Shown here in pieces: positions 1 through 10,705 of a DNA stretch of 64,000 nucleotides. A program made the position numbers and the translations under genes. Every line of letters starts with the position of its first letter. The first letter of the stretch is position 1. The notes beneath the pieces were generated by a model. It made no database searches. It saw nothing but the letters and a program-made list of their open reading frames with translations, and had not been told where the DNA came from. Source of the stretch: an uncultured Bacillota bacterium (GTDB taxonomy: Bacteria > Sysuimicrobiota > Sysuimicrobiia > Sysuimicrobiales > Segetimicrobiaceae); assembly GCA_963787105.1 (NCBI GenBank), contig CAWBBU010000018.1, positions 64,082 to 128,081 of the forward strand, written 5' to 3'.

Positions 1-1060
1 GTTCACCAGGGTCTCGACCGACCGCCCGAGCACCGCTTCGTCGATATGCACCACGGCGACGGGATACCGGCGGGCGGGGTCGGCGTCGTCGAGCAGCTCC
101 GCGCGCACGCCGCGCAGGCCGGCGAGCGCCTCGAGGATCGTCTGGAGCTGCCCCCGTTGGAACGGCCGAGGTAGCCGCGTGGTCACTCGCGAGGAACCGC
201 CGGAGGGCGACGATGAGGCCGACGATCTCCTCGCGGCCCACCTTCATCGACCGGCCGAGCCCGTGGTGCGGCGGCCCGGGCAGGCGGCCGGTCGCGAGAT
301 ACCGGTCGCGCCATGGCCAGGTGCCCGGATACACGTCCATGTCCTGGTGCTGCAGGGCGACGGATTCGATCAGGTCGGCACGCCCGACGAGAATCCCGCT
401 GGCCTGGGGGCCGCCGATCGCCTTGCCGCCGCTGAACGCAACGAGATCGGCGCCTTCCGAGATAAACCGGCGCAGGTTCTCCGCGGGCGGAAGCGCGGCC
501 GCGGCGTCCACGATCACGGGCAGTTCTTGCTCATGCGCAATCCGAACGACCTCGTCGAGCGGGACGCTGCCGGGCACGTCGCCCACGGAGAACGCCACCG
601 CGGCCGTGCGGTCGGTGATGGCGGCTTCGATCTGCCACGGCCAGGTCGCTCCCCCGCCGGGATACCCCAGATAGCCGACCTCCACCAACTGGGCCCCGGC
701 GACCCGGAGCGCGTGCGTATACGCCGTCAGGTGCGGCCGCTGGACGATGATCTCGTGGCGGAGACCGGAGGTGTTCGGGAGCTGATCCATCGCGGCGACG
801 TCCATTCCCGCGATGCTCGCCGCGGCGGCCAGCGTCAGTCCGGCGGCGGCGCCCGCCGTGACGTAGCCGGCCTCGGCCCCCGTCACCTCGGCCAGGTAGC
901 GCCCCGCGGCGGCCTGCAGCTCATCGATGCGCACGCACTGCCGTGCGGCCTCCGCCATCGCCGCCGCGACCTCGGGGGCGATCGGCATGCCGCTCAGGCG
1001 GGTCAGCGGCCCCGCGGCGTTGATGATCGGACGGACGCCGAGCTCCTCGAAGATCCCCAC
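1..1060 (-). CDS. SelA-family PLP-dependent enzyme (seryl-tRNA(Sec) selenium transferase-like / DgaE-like); 3' end leaves the window
   Basis: Absent from the ORF track because there is no stop in the window. My minus-strand translation from GTG at 1060 (GGAGGA 5 nt upstream) reads GIFEELGVRPIINAAGPLTRLSG...VIVDAAAALPP...FSGGKAIGGPQASGILVGR, the SelA-type PLP-lysine block. The best-looking frame changes near 165-185. The + ORF 179..1150 is its antisense shadow. Confidence 0.6.
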   Translation of the reverse strand, partial: MGIFEELGVRPIINAAGPLTRLSGMPIAPEVAAAMAEAARQCVRIDELQAAAGRYLAEVTGAEAGYVTAGAAAGLTLAAAASIAGMDVAAMDQLPNTSGLRHEIIVQRPHLTAYTHALRVAGAQLVEVGYLGYPGGGATWPWQIEAAITDRTAAVAFSVGDVPGSVPLDEVVRIAHEQELPVIVDAAAALPPAENLRRFISEGADLVAFSGGKAIGGPQASGILVGRADLIESVALQHQDMDVYPGTWPWRDRYLATGRLPGPPHHGLGRSMKVGREEIVGLIVALRRFLASDHAATSAVPTGAAPDDPRGARRPARRARGAARRRRPRPPVSRRRGAYRRSGARAVGRDPGE

Positions 1061-1218
1061 CCGGTTCCTCCACAGCTGCGTCCGGCGCGTCGGACTGCCG
1101 CGCGACGTCGGGCAGCGCCTTCAATTGTAGAGGAAAAATGCCGGGGGTGAACAGGTCCGCGCCGGCTCCGAGCATCGCCCGGCCCGCCGCGGACGGGCGC
1201 CCTCGGCCTGGCGCGGGA

Positions 1219-2655
1219 CTAGTCGCCGCCCGCGACGTCCACGGGCTCGCTCGGCACGAGCTTGTTGAGACCGTTCAGCGCGGCGGCCTTGTACGCTTCC
1301 GCCAGCGTGGGGTAGTTGAACACCACGTCCCGCAGGTAGCTGACGGTGCCGCCGTGGTCGACGAGCGCCTGCCCGATGTGAATCAGCTCGGTGGCGCTCT
1401 GCCCGAGAATGTGCACCGCCAGCACTTTCAGCGTCTCACGGTGGAACAGCAGTTTCAGGAGGCCGTCCCGGCCGCCGCTGATCTGCACGCGCGACAGCTC
1501 GCGAAACGGCACCACGCCGACCTCGTAGGGCACCGCGAGGCGCGTCAGCTGCTGCTCCGTCGGACCCACCATCGCCACTTCCGGAATGGTATAGATGCCG
1601 TACACGAGGCGCGTGGACATCGGCGGCGCCTCGATACCGCACGCGTGCAGCGCCGCGAGCCGGCCCTGCTCCATGGACGTCGATGCCAGGCTGAACCCGC
1701 CGATGATGTCGCCGACCGCGTACACGTTCGGGACGGTCGTGCGGTACATCTCGTCCACCTTGATGCGGCCTTTCGCGTCCATCTCGATGCCCACCGCGTC
1801 CAGCTTGAGATCCGCCGACGCGCCCGAGCGGCCCGCCGCGACCATTAGCGCGTCCGTCAGCAGCGCCTTGCCGCTCGCCATGCCGACGTGCACGCGGCCC
1901 TCCGCGGTCCGGCGGACGCTCGAGACGGTCTCGCCGAACCGCAGCGTGATGCCCTCGTCCCGCATGTGGTAGTACAGGGCGTCCTCGATCTCGTCGTCCA
2001 GGGCCTCCATCGGACGCTCGCGGGAGTCGATGAGGGTCACCTGCACCCCCGCCGTCTGGAAGATCGTCGCGTACTCCACCCCGATGATCCCGGCGCCGAC
2101 GACCGTCATCGAACGCGGAATCTCCGACAGCGTGAGCAGGCCGTCGCTGTCGATGACCGTGCGGTCGTCAAACTCGAACGCCGCCGGGCGCAGCGGCCGG
2201 CTGCCGACGGCGATGACGATCTTGTCGGCGGTCACGGTGCGCGACCCGTCCTCGGTGGAGACGATGATGTGATGCGGATCCGCGAACGAGCCGATGCCGG
2301 AGTAAATATCGACGCCGTTCCGGATGAGTTGATCGCGCACGATATTGGTCTCGGCGGCGATGACGTGCTGCGTCCGCGTCGTGAGGTCCGCCATCTCGAT
2401 GCGGTCTTTCACCCGGAACGCGGCGCCCATCGTCGGGCGCTGGCGGACCCCGGACAAGTAGGCGACGACCTCGCGCAGCGTCTTGCTCGGGATCGTCCCA
2501 TGATGGATGCAGCCGCCGCCGACGTCCATGTTGCGCTCCACGATCGCGGTCCGCCGGCCGATTTTGGCCGCCGCGATCGCGGCCCGCTGGCCCGCCGGGC
2601 CGCTGCCGATCACGATCAGGTCATACTCGTTTGCCACAGCCGTCTCTCCCGTCAT
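1219..2655 (-). CDS. sthA: Soluble (Si-specific) pyridine nucleotide transhydrogenase
   Basis: ORF 1219..2742, with the start taken at the internal ATG 2655 (MTGETAV...). YDLIVIGSGPAG, GGGCIHHGTIPSKTLRE, YAVGDIIG and C-terminal FNYPTLAEAYKAAALNGLNKL align along the full length with E. coli SthA as I remember it. Confidence 0.85.
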   Translation of the reverse strand: MTGETAVANEYDLIVIGSGPAGQRAAIAAAKIGRRTAIVERNMDVGGGCIHHGTIPSKTLREVVAYLSGVRQRPTMGAAFRVKDRIEMADLTTRTQHVIAAETNIVRDQLIRNGVDIYSGIGSFADPHHIIVSTEDGSRTVTADKIVIAVGSRPLRPAAFEFDDRTVIDSDGLLTLSEIPRSMTVVGAGIIGVEYATIFQTAGVQVTLIDSRERPMEALDDEIEDALYYHMRDEGITLRFGETVSSVRRTAEGRVHVGMASGKALLTDALMVAAGRSGASADLKLDAVGIEMDAKGRIKVDEMYRTTVPNVYAVGDIIGGFSLASTSMEQGRLAALHACGIEAPPMSTRLVYGIYTIPEVAMVGPTEQQLTRLAVPYEVGVVPFRELSRVQISGGRDGLLKLLFHRETLKVLAVHILGQSATELIHIGQALVDHGGTVSYLRDVVFNYPTLAEAYKAAALNGLNKLVPSEPVDVAGGD

Positions 2656-2696
2656 CGAGCCTCGGCGCGCGTCGAGTCCGCCTCGGGCCGCCGCCG

Positions 2697-2723
2697 GCCC
2701 ACCGGTACGTTCCACCGGTGGGC
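2697..2723. other. GC-rich hairpin (10-bp perfect stem, 7-nt loop) between the methyltransferase gene and sthA
   Basis: GCCCACCGGT-acgttcc-ACCGGTGGGC read directly. It sits about 45 nt upstream of the sthA start on the minus strand. No U-tract follows, so function (terminator or 5'-UTR element) is unknown. Confidence 0.4.
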
Positions 2724-2948
2724 AACCGAAAACAGTATACACGCGACAGCAGGTTATCGGACATGGTCGCCCCAGAAAGCGCCGCGGACGCCCGCAGGTA
2801 CGACCAGAATACGCGCCGCCTGTTATGCCCCGCGTCGAATCAGCGTGAGGTCTCTGTTAAGAACAGACGAACGCTTTGGCCGGCGGGATCACGCAGTTTC
2901 GGGAGGCGGACGGTGGAACGCCGACACGTGCCCGGTTCGGGGGACCGC

Positions 2949-3530
2949 TCACCCGGCGAAGGTGATCTCGACGGGGGGGTGGGTCTGCAGCTCTCGCAGC
3001 GGCGCGCGAATCGGCTTCACGGCGCGCATCTCGCAGACCATCTCCCGCACCACGTTGCGGTGCGACTTGACCTGTTCGATGATCGTCTTGACGTCCATGC
3101 CCGCGTAGGCGGCGCGTTCCACCAAGAGCAGAATGCGCACCGCGTCCCAGTCCCCACGGTAGCCGTAGTCGGCCCGCCAGTAGTGCGGCTGGCCGAAGTA
3201 CCCGAAGGTCCCCGGAAAGCACAGACGCACGTGCGTGGGATCCTCCGACCCGTCGTCGCTCGCCCCGTGCGGCACGCGAATCGTGGCGACGGCGCCCGGC
3301 TTGGCCACCCGGTGCAGCTCCTGCATCATCGGGAGCGGCGCGCGGATGTGCTCGAGCAGGTGCGAGAGCAGAAACTCGTCGATGCTGTCGTCCTCGATCG
3401 GCAGGGGGACCTCGGCGCAGCGCTCGAGATCCGCCACGATGTCGACGCCGGGCAGCGGATAGATATCCAGGTTGAGCCAGCCCTCGATGATGTTCCGGCC
3501 GCACCCGACGTTGAGGCGCCGTTCAGCCAC
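2949..3530 (-). CDS. Class I SAM-dependent methyltransferase (type 11 domain)
   Basis: 193-aa ORF. LNVGCGRNIIEGWLNLD (motif I) and IDEFLLSHLLEHI (post-II) are typical of small SAM methyltransferases. Confidence 0.75.
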   Translation of the reverse strand: MAERRLNVGCGRNIIEGWLNLDIYPLPGVDIVADLERCAEVPLPIEDDSIDEFLLSHLLEHIRAPLPMMQELHRVAKPGAVATIRVPHGASDDGSEDPTHVRLCFPGTFGYFGQPHYWRADYGYRGDWDAVRILLLVERAAYAGMDVKTIIEQVKSHRNVVREMVCEMRAVKPIRAPLRELQTHPPVEITFAG

Positions 3531-3548
3531 GACGCCGCCCCGCGCGGT

Positions 3549-4235
3549 TCAACTGGGTTTGCCCGCTTGGACGATCTCGATGTGGGTGATCTTCACCGGC
3601 GTGAGCGGCCGGTCCTGAGCGTTCCGCGGCATGCGCGCGATCTTCTTCACCAACTCGACCGACGCGTCGTCGCACTGGCCGAAGATCGTGTACGCGCCCT
3701 GGGGGGGATTGAGGCCCGGCTGCGGGGCCTCCGTGATGAAAAACTGGGACCCGTTGGTGTTCGGGCCGGCGTTGGCCATCGCGAGCCGGCCGGGGCGGTC
3801 GAAGGTCAGGTCCGGACGCAGCTCGTCCGCGAACTGGTAGCCGGGACCGCCCATGCCGGTGCCCATCGGGTCACCGCCCTGAATCATGAACCCGGGGATC
3901 ACCCGGTGGAAGATCACGCCGTCGTAGAGCGGCCGGCCGTGCACCACTTTCCCGGTCGCCGGATCGGTCCAGTCCTTGGTCCCGTCCGCGAGGCCGATGA
4001 AGTTCTTGGACGTGACCGGCACCTTGTCGACGAAGATCTCGCATCGAAGGTCTCCGGCGGTCGTGTGGATGATCGCGGTCGGGTTGTGAGACGCTGGCGC
4101 GGGCTGCGCTGCCGACATCTGTTGTCCTCCAGGTTCGACCGTGTGGTACAGAGCGGTCTGCCCGCCCGCGGCGCCGGCCAGGGCCGGCACGGTCACACAG
4201 GCGAGCAGCATCCATACAATAGCGCGAATTCGCAT
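3549..4235 (-). CDS. Secreted cyclophilin-type peptidyl-prolyl cis-trans isomerase
   Basis: ORF 3549..4346, with the start at ATG 4235 giving signal peptide MRIRAIVWMLLACVTVPALAGA. FHRVIPGFMIQGGDP, GGPGYQFADE and MANAGPNTNGSQFFIT are cyclophilin hallmarks. Confidence 0.9.
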   Translation of the reverse strand: MRIRAIVWMLLACVTVPALAGAAGGQTALYHTVEPGGQQMSAAQPAPASHNPTAIIHTTAGDLRCEIFVDKVPVTSKNFIGLADGTKDWTDPATGKVVHGRPLYDGVIFHRVIPGFMIQGGDPMGTGMGGPGYQFADELRPDLTFDRPGRLAMANAGPNTNGSQFFITEAPQPGLNPPQGAYTIFGQCDDASVELVKKIARMPRNAQDRPLTPVKITHIEIVQAGKPS

Positions 4236-4424
4236 CGCATCCCTCTCCTGAGCACCCGTCATCGTGTTCGCCGGTCCTCGTGACCTGACGGGGCCGCCGC
4301 GCTGGACCCGCGACCCCGTGATATGCCACGCCCCAACGTCTCGCACCTGCTTATGTACACAACGGGAATCGACAACGCAACCACCGGCGGCGTCCGCGCG
4401 CCGCGGGAGAACCGCGCGGCGGCC

Positions 4425-6153
4425 TCACGACCTCCCGGCCGCGGCCCGCGCCGCCCGCCACGCGTCGATCGCGGTGACGATGGTGGGCGTCGGTTCGAGC
4501 GCGCCGAACCGGTCGCCCGCCGTCGCCGCCAGGATCAACTGTCCGCACCGGGTAGCGCGCGTGCGCCACCCGCAGGCTGATGCCGTCCCGCTCGAGCCGG
4601 TCGGCGAGATCCTCGAGCATCGCCACCGCGGCGAGATCGATCGCCGACGCCCCTTCCAGGGTGAAGACGACGAGCTTGATCGGCCGCCCCGCCCGCTCCA
4701 CCGCGGCCGTCGCGGCATGGCGCACGGCGGACGCGTTCGCGAAAAAGATCGCGCCGTCGACGCGGAACACCAGCACCTCCGGAATCTCCTCGTTGTGCGG
4801 GGCGTGGGCCAGATCGGTGAAGGTGTCCGGTGCCCGGGACGCGGCCGAGGATGGCCGTGGGCGGGTGCGCCGCGCGCGCGATGAGCATCACGACCGACGC
4901 GATCACCCCGACAAACAGCCCCCGGAGCATCCCCAAGACGAGCACGCTGAGCAGCGCCAGGACCGCGATCCGAAACTCGGGGGGACTGGCGCGGCGCGTC
5001 CGGCCCAGCGCCCGAAGGTCGATCAGACCCGCCGCGGCCACCAGCACGACCGCGGCCAGAATCGGCTGCGGAAGATTGCGGAACAATCCGCTCAGGAACA
5101 CCAGCACCGCCGCGATCAGCGCCACGGCCACCAAGCAGCGCCGCGGGCGTCCTGGCGCCGCTGGCGTCGTTCACGGCCGACTGGGACATGCCGCCCCCGA
5201 CGGGGTACCCCTGACCGAACGCGACCGCCGCATTGGCGACGCCCAAGGCGAGCAGCTCCTGGTTCGGATCGATCTCGTCCCCGTGCTTCGCGGCGAAGGT
5301 GCGGGCGACCGCCATGCTCTCGACGTAGCACAATAGAAAGCAGGCGAGCGCGAGCGCGAGCAACGTGTCGAGGTCCGACGGCGTCACGCCGGGAAGCGCG
5401 AGGGCCGGCAGTCCCTGCGGAATCCGCCCGACCACGTCGACCCCGTGCGCCGCGAGCGAGGTCATCGACGCGAACACGATGGACAGCACCACGACGACCA
5501 GCGACACGGGACGCCGGGGAAAGAGATGTCCGCCGGCGACCAACAGGATGATGCCGGCGAGCCCGACCGCCAGCGCGGGCGGCTTGGTCTCTCCGAGATG
5601 TCGCACGAGAAACACGATGCGCGGGATGAAATTGCCGCTGCCCCCCGGGATCCCGAACAGCTTCGGCAGCTGCGTCGAGGCGATCTGCAGCGCGACCCCC
5701 GCCTTGAACCCCACCAGCACCGTGTCGGCGATGAAGTTGACGATCACTCCCAAGCCGCAGCGCCCAGGCGAGCACGCACGCGCCCGCCACCATGATCGCC
5801 GTGGTCGCCGCGAGGGCCGCGTAGCGTGCCGGATCGCCGGCCACGAGCGTGCCGAGCGTCGACGCCACGAGGATCGAGATTGATGAGGTCGGGCCCACCG
5901 CCATCTGACGCGAGCTGCCGAACACCGCGTAGGCGAGGGCGCCGAGCATGACGCAGTACAGGCCGACCTGGGACGGCAGTCCGGCGAGGGACGCGTAGGC
6001 GAGTGAGACGGGAATCGTGAACGCCGCGAGCGTCAGGCCGGCCACGATGTCGGGTCGCAGCCACGCGGCGTCGTAGTCCGGCAGCCACCGGGTGATCGGC
6101 AGGACGGTCTTCAACACCATCGGCCAGCGGGAGTGGGAGGAGGACGACGCCAT
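4425..6153 (-). pseudogene. SulP-family anion permease with C-terminal STAS domain, broken by about 4 frame changes
   Basis: The protein runs through four listed ORFs. 5116..6153 carries the N-terminus (LRPDIVAGLTLAAFTIPVSLAYASLAGLP). 4425..5753 carries FIADTVLVGFKAGVAL. 4535..5134 carries LPQPILAAVVLVAAAGLIDL. 4351..4776 carries the STAS part (LVFRVDGAIFFANA). The tail returns to the 4425 frame. Breaks are near 5750, 5150, 4820 and 4555. Confidence 0.8.
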
Positions 6154-6438
6154 CTCAAGATCCGGTCTGCCCGTGACGTTCGCGCGGGACCGCGGCCGCC
6201 GCGCACGCGCGCCGCCGTCACCAGAATCAGACCGGACGGCCCTCCCCCCGGCACATCGCCTGCTGGATGCTCGATCGATACGCTGCGCTCGCCGGGGATT
6301 CCTGGCGCGCGTCTTCTCACCGACCTCCGGCGCGGATCACGACCTGCGGTGTGCTGGGACGCTCCGGCACCGCGCCGATGGGATCCGTGGAGGCGGACGC
6401 ACCCGCGCAGGGTGTCTCGCGTCTGGCGCGCGCCTATC

Positions 6439-9056
6439 CTAGCTGCACTGAAATCCGACGCCCCCGCAGAGGGTCGCCATCAGCACGCCCTTGTCGACGC
6501 TTCCCGTCCGGTAGGTCCGGCACGTAAACCCGCCGGCGCCCGTCGGAATGAACGTCGCGGGCGGGTTGTCGGGGTTCGCGGTCGTGTTGAACGCGACCAT
6601 GCCGTGGTGGCCGCCGCCCGCGGTGTAATTCGGGCTCACGAGCCACTGCCGGCCGGCGCCGTCCGTGTAGACGTCGATCCCCGGGGCGGCGAGCGGATTG
6701 TTCGTCGGGTCGGGGTCCCCGGTCGCGGTGAGCTGCCCGGTCCGCCGCATCGTGGCCGGATTGTAGACGCGAATCCCGAGGTCGCCTTGGCTCACGTAGA
6801 TCCGCTGGCTCGCTTTGCGGATCTCGCAGATCCCGCCCGCGGCCGGGATGAACGACCCGCCGACGTTGGGCGGGTTGCCGAACCATCCCGCGTGCGGGGA
6901 CGCCAGCGTAATGGCTTTGGTCGACGCCGGCAGGCCGACGGCCCCGGTCACGGGCGACGGGCCGAACGTCTGGGGGCTCCCCATGTACTGGTACTGCCCG
7001 TACACGTTCAGCGTCGCCGCGAGCGGCGGCACCGCCGGGAGGCCCGACACGATGATCGCATTCGACGGATTCCGCAGCGTCATGGCGTTCGAGAGCGGCG
7101 ACATCCCGCAGCACACGCCGAAGGAGTCGAAGTACGCGATCTGCACCTGATACGTGAACGGCGTCTCGACGCTGCCGCCGGAGCCCGCGGCGATGTGCGG
7201 CGCCGCCACGGCCGTCAGCAGCCGGTCGGGGATCCCCTCGGTCACGATCGGCGCGATGACGCCGAGGCGGCCGACGTCAAACGCCATGACGCCGAGCGCG
7301 GAGTCCGAGACCCAAAGTGTCGAGCCGGGCACGCCGCAGGCGCCGTCGACGAACAGCCCCGTCGTCCCCTGGGTGCCGGACGGCCCCGTGTACGCCCCAA
7401 CGGCCGTGAGCGCGTAGTACGGCGCCGACCCCACCGCGTAGGTCACGATCTTGAGCCACGCCGTAGGCGTTGACGACGGCGCTCAGATACTTCCCGTCCC
7501 ACGCGGTGTTCACCAGCGTCGCATCGCCGTAGCACACGAGCGGCGTCATCGCGCCGCCCCGGCACTGGAACAGGTAGTCGTAGCCGTTCCCGGCCGCGCC
7601 CGGCGCGATCCGCAGGGTCGGGTCGGTGCCGCCCGCCGTGGTGCCGAACGCCTGCAGGCGGCTGCCGATCAGGGTGCCCACCGAGCCGGCCATGATCAGG
7701 TTGTCCTTAGGATCGTGGACCTCGTAGGAAAAGCGGCACGTCGAGTACGCGTATTCGACGGGGTCGCCGACGACCGTCGTCGCTTGCCGCGTCTCCGCAT
7801 TGGCGTAGCACGTCTGCAGCACCGCGACCCGGCCGCCGGCGGCCACTTTCGACACATCGTACACGATCGTCCCGCCCGGTCCGCCGTTCGCCCTCGGACG
7901 AGAGCGCAAACTTGGTCCCGTCGGGGCTGACCGCCGTGTCGACCGCCGGACACGAGACGGTGCCCCCGGGGCCGGCCTGCGTCCATCCGGGGATCGTGGT
8001 GAGCAGGCTCAGCGCGTCCGCGGGCCCGATCGCGAGCACGTCCGTCCCCGATTGATTCACGTCGCCCCACGTCGCGTACAGGAGATTGTGCACCGGGTCG
8101 AATTTGAGCTGGCCGTACCCCGTCGCGCGGGCGGGCGCGCGATACGCGGCCGCGGGGCCGAGCAGCCGCGGGGCCGTCGGCGTCGTAATGTCGTACGTCT
8201 GAATCACGCCCGCGTTCGCGGCGTACAGACGGCTGCCGTGGGGCACGCCGACGTGCAGATTCGGGATCGTGGCGAGGCGGGTGGCCGGCGGTCCCCCGGC
8301 GACGAGCAGCGCCAGATTGAACAGATACAGGTTCCCCGTCGCGTTGTCGCAGCACACGAGCCGCTGGTTGGCCCGGTCGATCTCCATGCAGTAGACGCCG
8401 CTCCACGCGTCCGTCGACTGGAACGTGTACGTCGCCCCGGTCTGGATGTTCGTCGCGGTCAGCGTCCCCGGCGTCCCATCGTGCGCCAGGTAGACGTAGG
8501 TGGCGTCAATCTGCACGGCTTGGCTGATCGTATTGAACGACTTGGGCCAGTTCGCATTCGCCATCGCCATGGTCGTGCCGTTGAGCACCTGCGCCTGCGG
8601 CACGACCGTGTTGTTCACGGCCACGTACCCCTTGAACTGGGCGCTTTTTCGCGGGTTGCTGTACACGGCGTTGTTGCACGCATAGGACAGCACCGTACTC
8701 TGCCCGCTCTGCGTGTCGATGCGGATGATGCCGGTGTCTCCCTCCTGCGTCGGGACGTACAGATAGCGGCTGTCGTCACTAAAGGCCGGGCCCCCCGCGA
8801 ATCCCTGGAAGCTCGCTCTCGTGACCGGCCCGATGATCGCCGTTCCGGCGTAGTTGCCGTACACGGTCATGTCGCGCAGCTTCCGCCAGGTCCCCGCGGT
8901 CGCGGTCGTCGATGTCGTCGTGGCGCTCGTCTTGGTACTGGACGCGGCGGAGGCCTCTCCGCCCATCGTCTCTCCCAAACCGATCGCGACCGCCGCGGCG
9001 ACGCCGTGTCGAAGGAAATGCCTGCGGCTGTAGACAGACCCAGCAGCGTGTGTCAT
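6439..9056 (-). CDS. Large Tat-signal secreted beta-propeller-like repeat protein (about 870 aa), two apparent frameshifts
   Basis: ATG at 9056 gives MTHAAGSVYSRRHFLRHGVAAAVAIGLG (twin-arginine motif), then a Thr/Ser-rich linker. Repeated YVTN/NHL-like blades follow (YVYLAHDG, NLYLFNL, RLYAANAGVIQTYD, LLYATWGD). Reading continues through ORFs 7707..10079, 7277..7909 and 6439..7446, with breaks near 7895 and 7460. Confidence 0.6.
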
Positions 9057-9386
9057 CGCACCGATGCCTCCCCGGAGCTCATCTGGCGGTGACCTAGTGT
9101 GGACGGTGCACGCGGTCGGAGCCGTTCGCGCGGGCGAATGTCGGTCCGCCCGCGCGCCGTGACCGCGTGTCGTCGGCCTTCCCGACGATACAACACCGCA
9201 CCGGCGCCGTCGTTCACCTCGCGATTGCGCGCCGCGCGTCCGACTCGTATATGCCCGCGCCCCCATTCGTCTGGACGCCGACAGACACAAATCTTTATTT
9301 TTTCCGCGCGAGTCGGCGCGCCCGCGCGTCTGAACCGCGCCGGCGCACGGTATAAGGCAGGATGCACGGCCGGGGAGCGGCTCGGG

Positions 9387-9971
9387 ATGACGCGAAGACG
9401 ACAGATCGCCGCGGGACGCAGGCGGCGCCCATCGGATTGGGGTGAGAGCGGATTCACCCTGGTCGAGACGATGCTTGGGATCGTGCTGCTGACGTTCGGG
9501 CTCCTCGCCGTCGCGGATGTCTTCCCGCACGGCTTGGCGCTGTCGGCCTACGGGCAGGGCCAGACGGAGGCGGCCGACCTGTCCGAGCGATGGATCGAGG
9601 ATCTCAAAAGCGCGCCGACCACGACGCTGACCCAGGACCTGGGCGATTACGGCACGGTGCCGAGCCTCTATTTTGATCAGAACGGCAGCGCCACGACCGC
9701 CGCGAACGCGGTCTTCACGGTGGACCTCCAGATCCAGTCCTGGATCTGGGATCAGAGCACCGGCCAGTATGTCGCCTCCGCGACCCCGTACAGCGTGCCC
9801 GGCTCCGGCGCGTACGTGTACCGCGTGTCCGCGGCCGCGCACTGGCTCGTCAACGGGCACACCGCGTTCACGTCCGGGAACGCCGGCGCGCCGAACGGGT
9901 GCGTGGCCGGCGGCGCCGCCGTGCCGGAAGGAGCGGGCTGTGTCCAGACGAGCACCTTTGTCACCCCGTAG
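9387..9971 (+). CDS. Prepilin-type N-terminal cleavage/methylation domain protein (PilV/GspH-like minor pilin)
   Basis: Internal ATG 9387 of ORF 9099..9971. Leader ...GESG followed by FTLVETMLGIVLLTFGLLAV (G-1, F+1, E+5). Confidence 0.75.
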   Translation: MTRRRQIAAGRRRRPSDWGESGFTLVETMLGIVLLTFGLLAVADVFPHGLALSAYGQGQTEAADLSERWIEDLKSAPTTTLTQDLGDYGTVPSLYFDQNGSATTAANAVFTVDLQIQSWIWDQSTGQYVASATPYSVPGSGAYVYRVSAAAHWLVNGHTAFTSGNAGAPNGCVAGGAAVPEGAGCVQTSTFVTP

Positions 9972-9991
9972 GGCCCCGCCGCGGCGCGCCG

Positions 9992-10653
9992 GTGAGCGGG
10001 GGATGACGGTCATCGAGCTGATGACCGTGCTCCTCGTGTTCTCGCTGATCATGGGTGCCTTGTCGTCGCTCATGATCACCAGTCTCGACGTCTACTCCAA
10101 GGGCAGCGTGAGCACGCAGGCGCAGGCCAGCGTGCGCATCGCGCTCAGCCGTCTCGTGCGCGAGGTGCGCCAGGCGCGCCGTCTCATCACCGGGACTGGC
10201 GAACCCGCCAACGGCGGGACGTTCACGTTCGAGACCGCGTGCGGCCCCGCGCCGCAGATCAGCTTCGCCCTGCCGCACACCGCGGTCTACGCGCTGTCCG
10301 ACGGAACGACCGCGTACGCCACCGACGCGAACGCGGTCGGCGCGAACCCCTACGACGGCTGGTACGTGAGCTACTATCTGTCGGCGGCGCAGGCCGCCGG
10401 GACGCTGCCTCCCGCGGCCAATGCGTCGGGACCGTACGTCATCCGCGTGCAGTACGATGTGACCGCGAACCAGCTCTCGTACGGGACGGTGGCGGGGGGC
10501 GTGACGGCGCTGACGCTCGCCGCGCACGGCAGCTGCCCCACCGTGAGCACGCGCAATCTCTCCATCACGGTCGCGGGCTCGGCGGCGGCGGTGAACGAGG
10601 CGGTGAGCTCCACCGATGTGGTCGCGAGCGATGTCACCCTCCGCAACCAGTAG
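9992..10653 (+). CDS. Prepilin-type minor pilin (PilW/GspJ-like)
   Basis: GTG 9992 gives VSGG followed by MTVIELMTVLLVFSLIMGAL (E+5), then ...SVRIALSRLVREVRQARR, typical of PilW/GspJ-type pseudopilins. It begins 21 nt after the previous stop. Confidence 0.7.
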
Positions 10654-10705
10654 GGGCCGCGCGCCGGCGCGGGCGATCGGGCGGGCCGTCCGCTCGGACG
10701 ACGGC

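Noticed and set aside
179-1150. 323-aa + strand ORF (MVTREEPPEGDDEADD...)
   Set aside because: Arg/Gly/Asp-rich with no recognisable motifs. It lies exactly antisense to a convincing SelA-family gene on the minus strand, and is a typical high-G+C shadow ORF.
2631-4283. 550-aa + strand ORF spanning 1.6 kb
   Set aside because: It runs antisense across two independent, well-supported minus-strand genes (the methyltransferase and the cyclophilin) and the spacer between them. Its composition is Arg/Gly/Val-rich noise.
9057-10079. N-terminal 340 codons of the 790-aa minus-strand ORF 7707..10079
   Set aside because: Real protein character starts only at ATG 9056 with the Tat signal. The upstream part is Arg/Gly-rich and is antisense to the pilin genes, which have clear prepilin motifs on the + strand.
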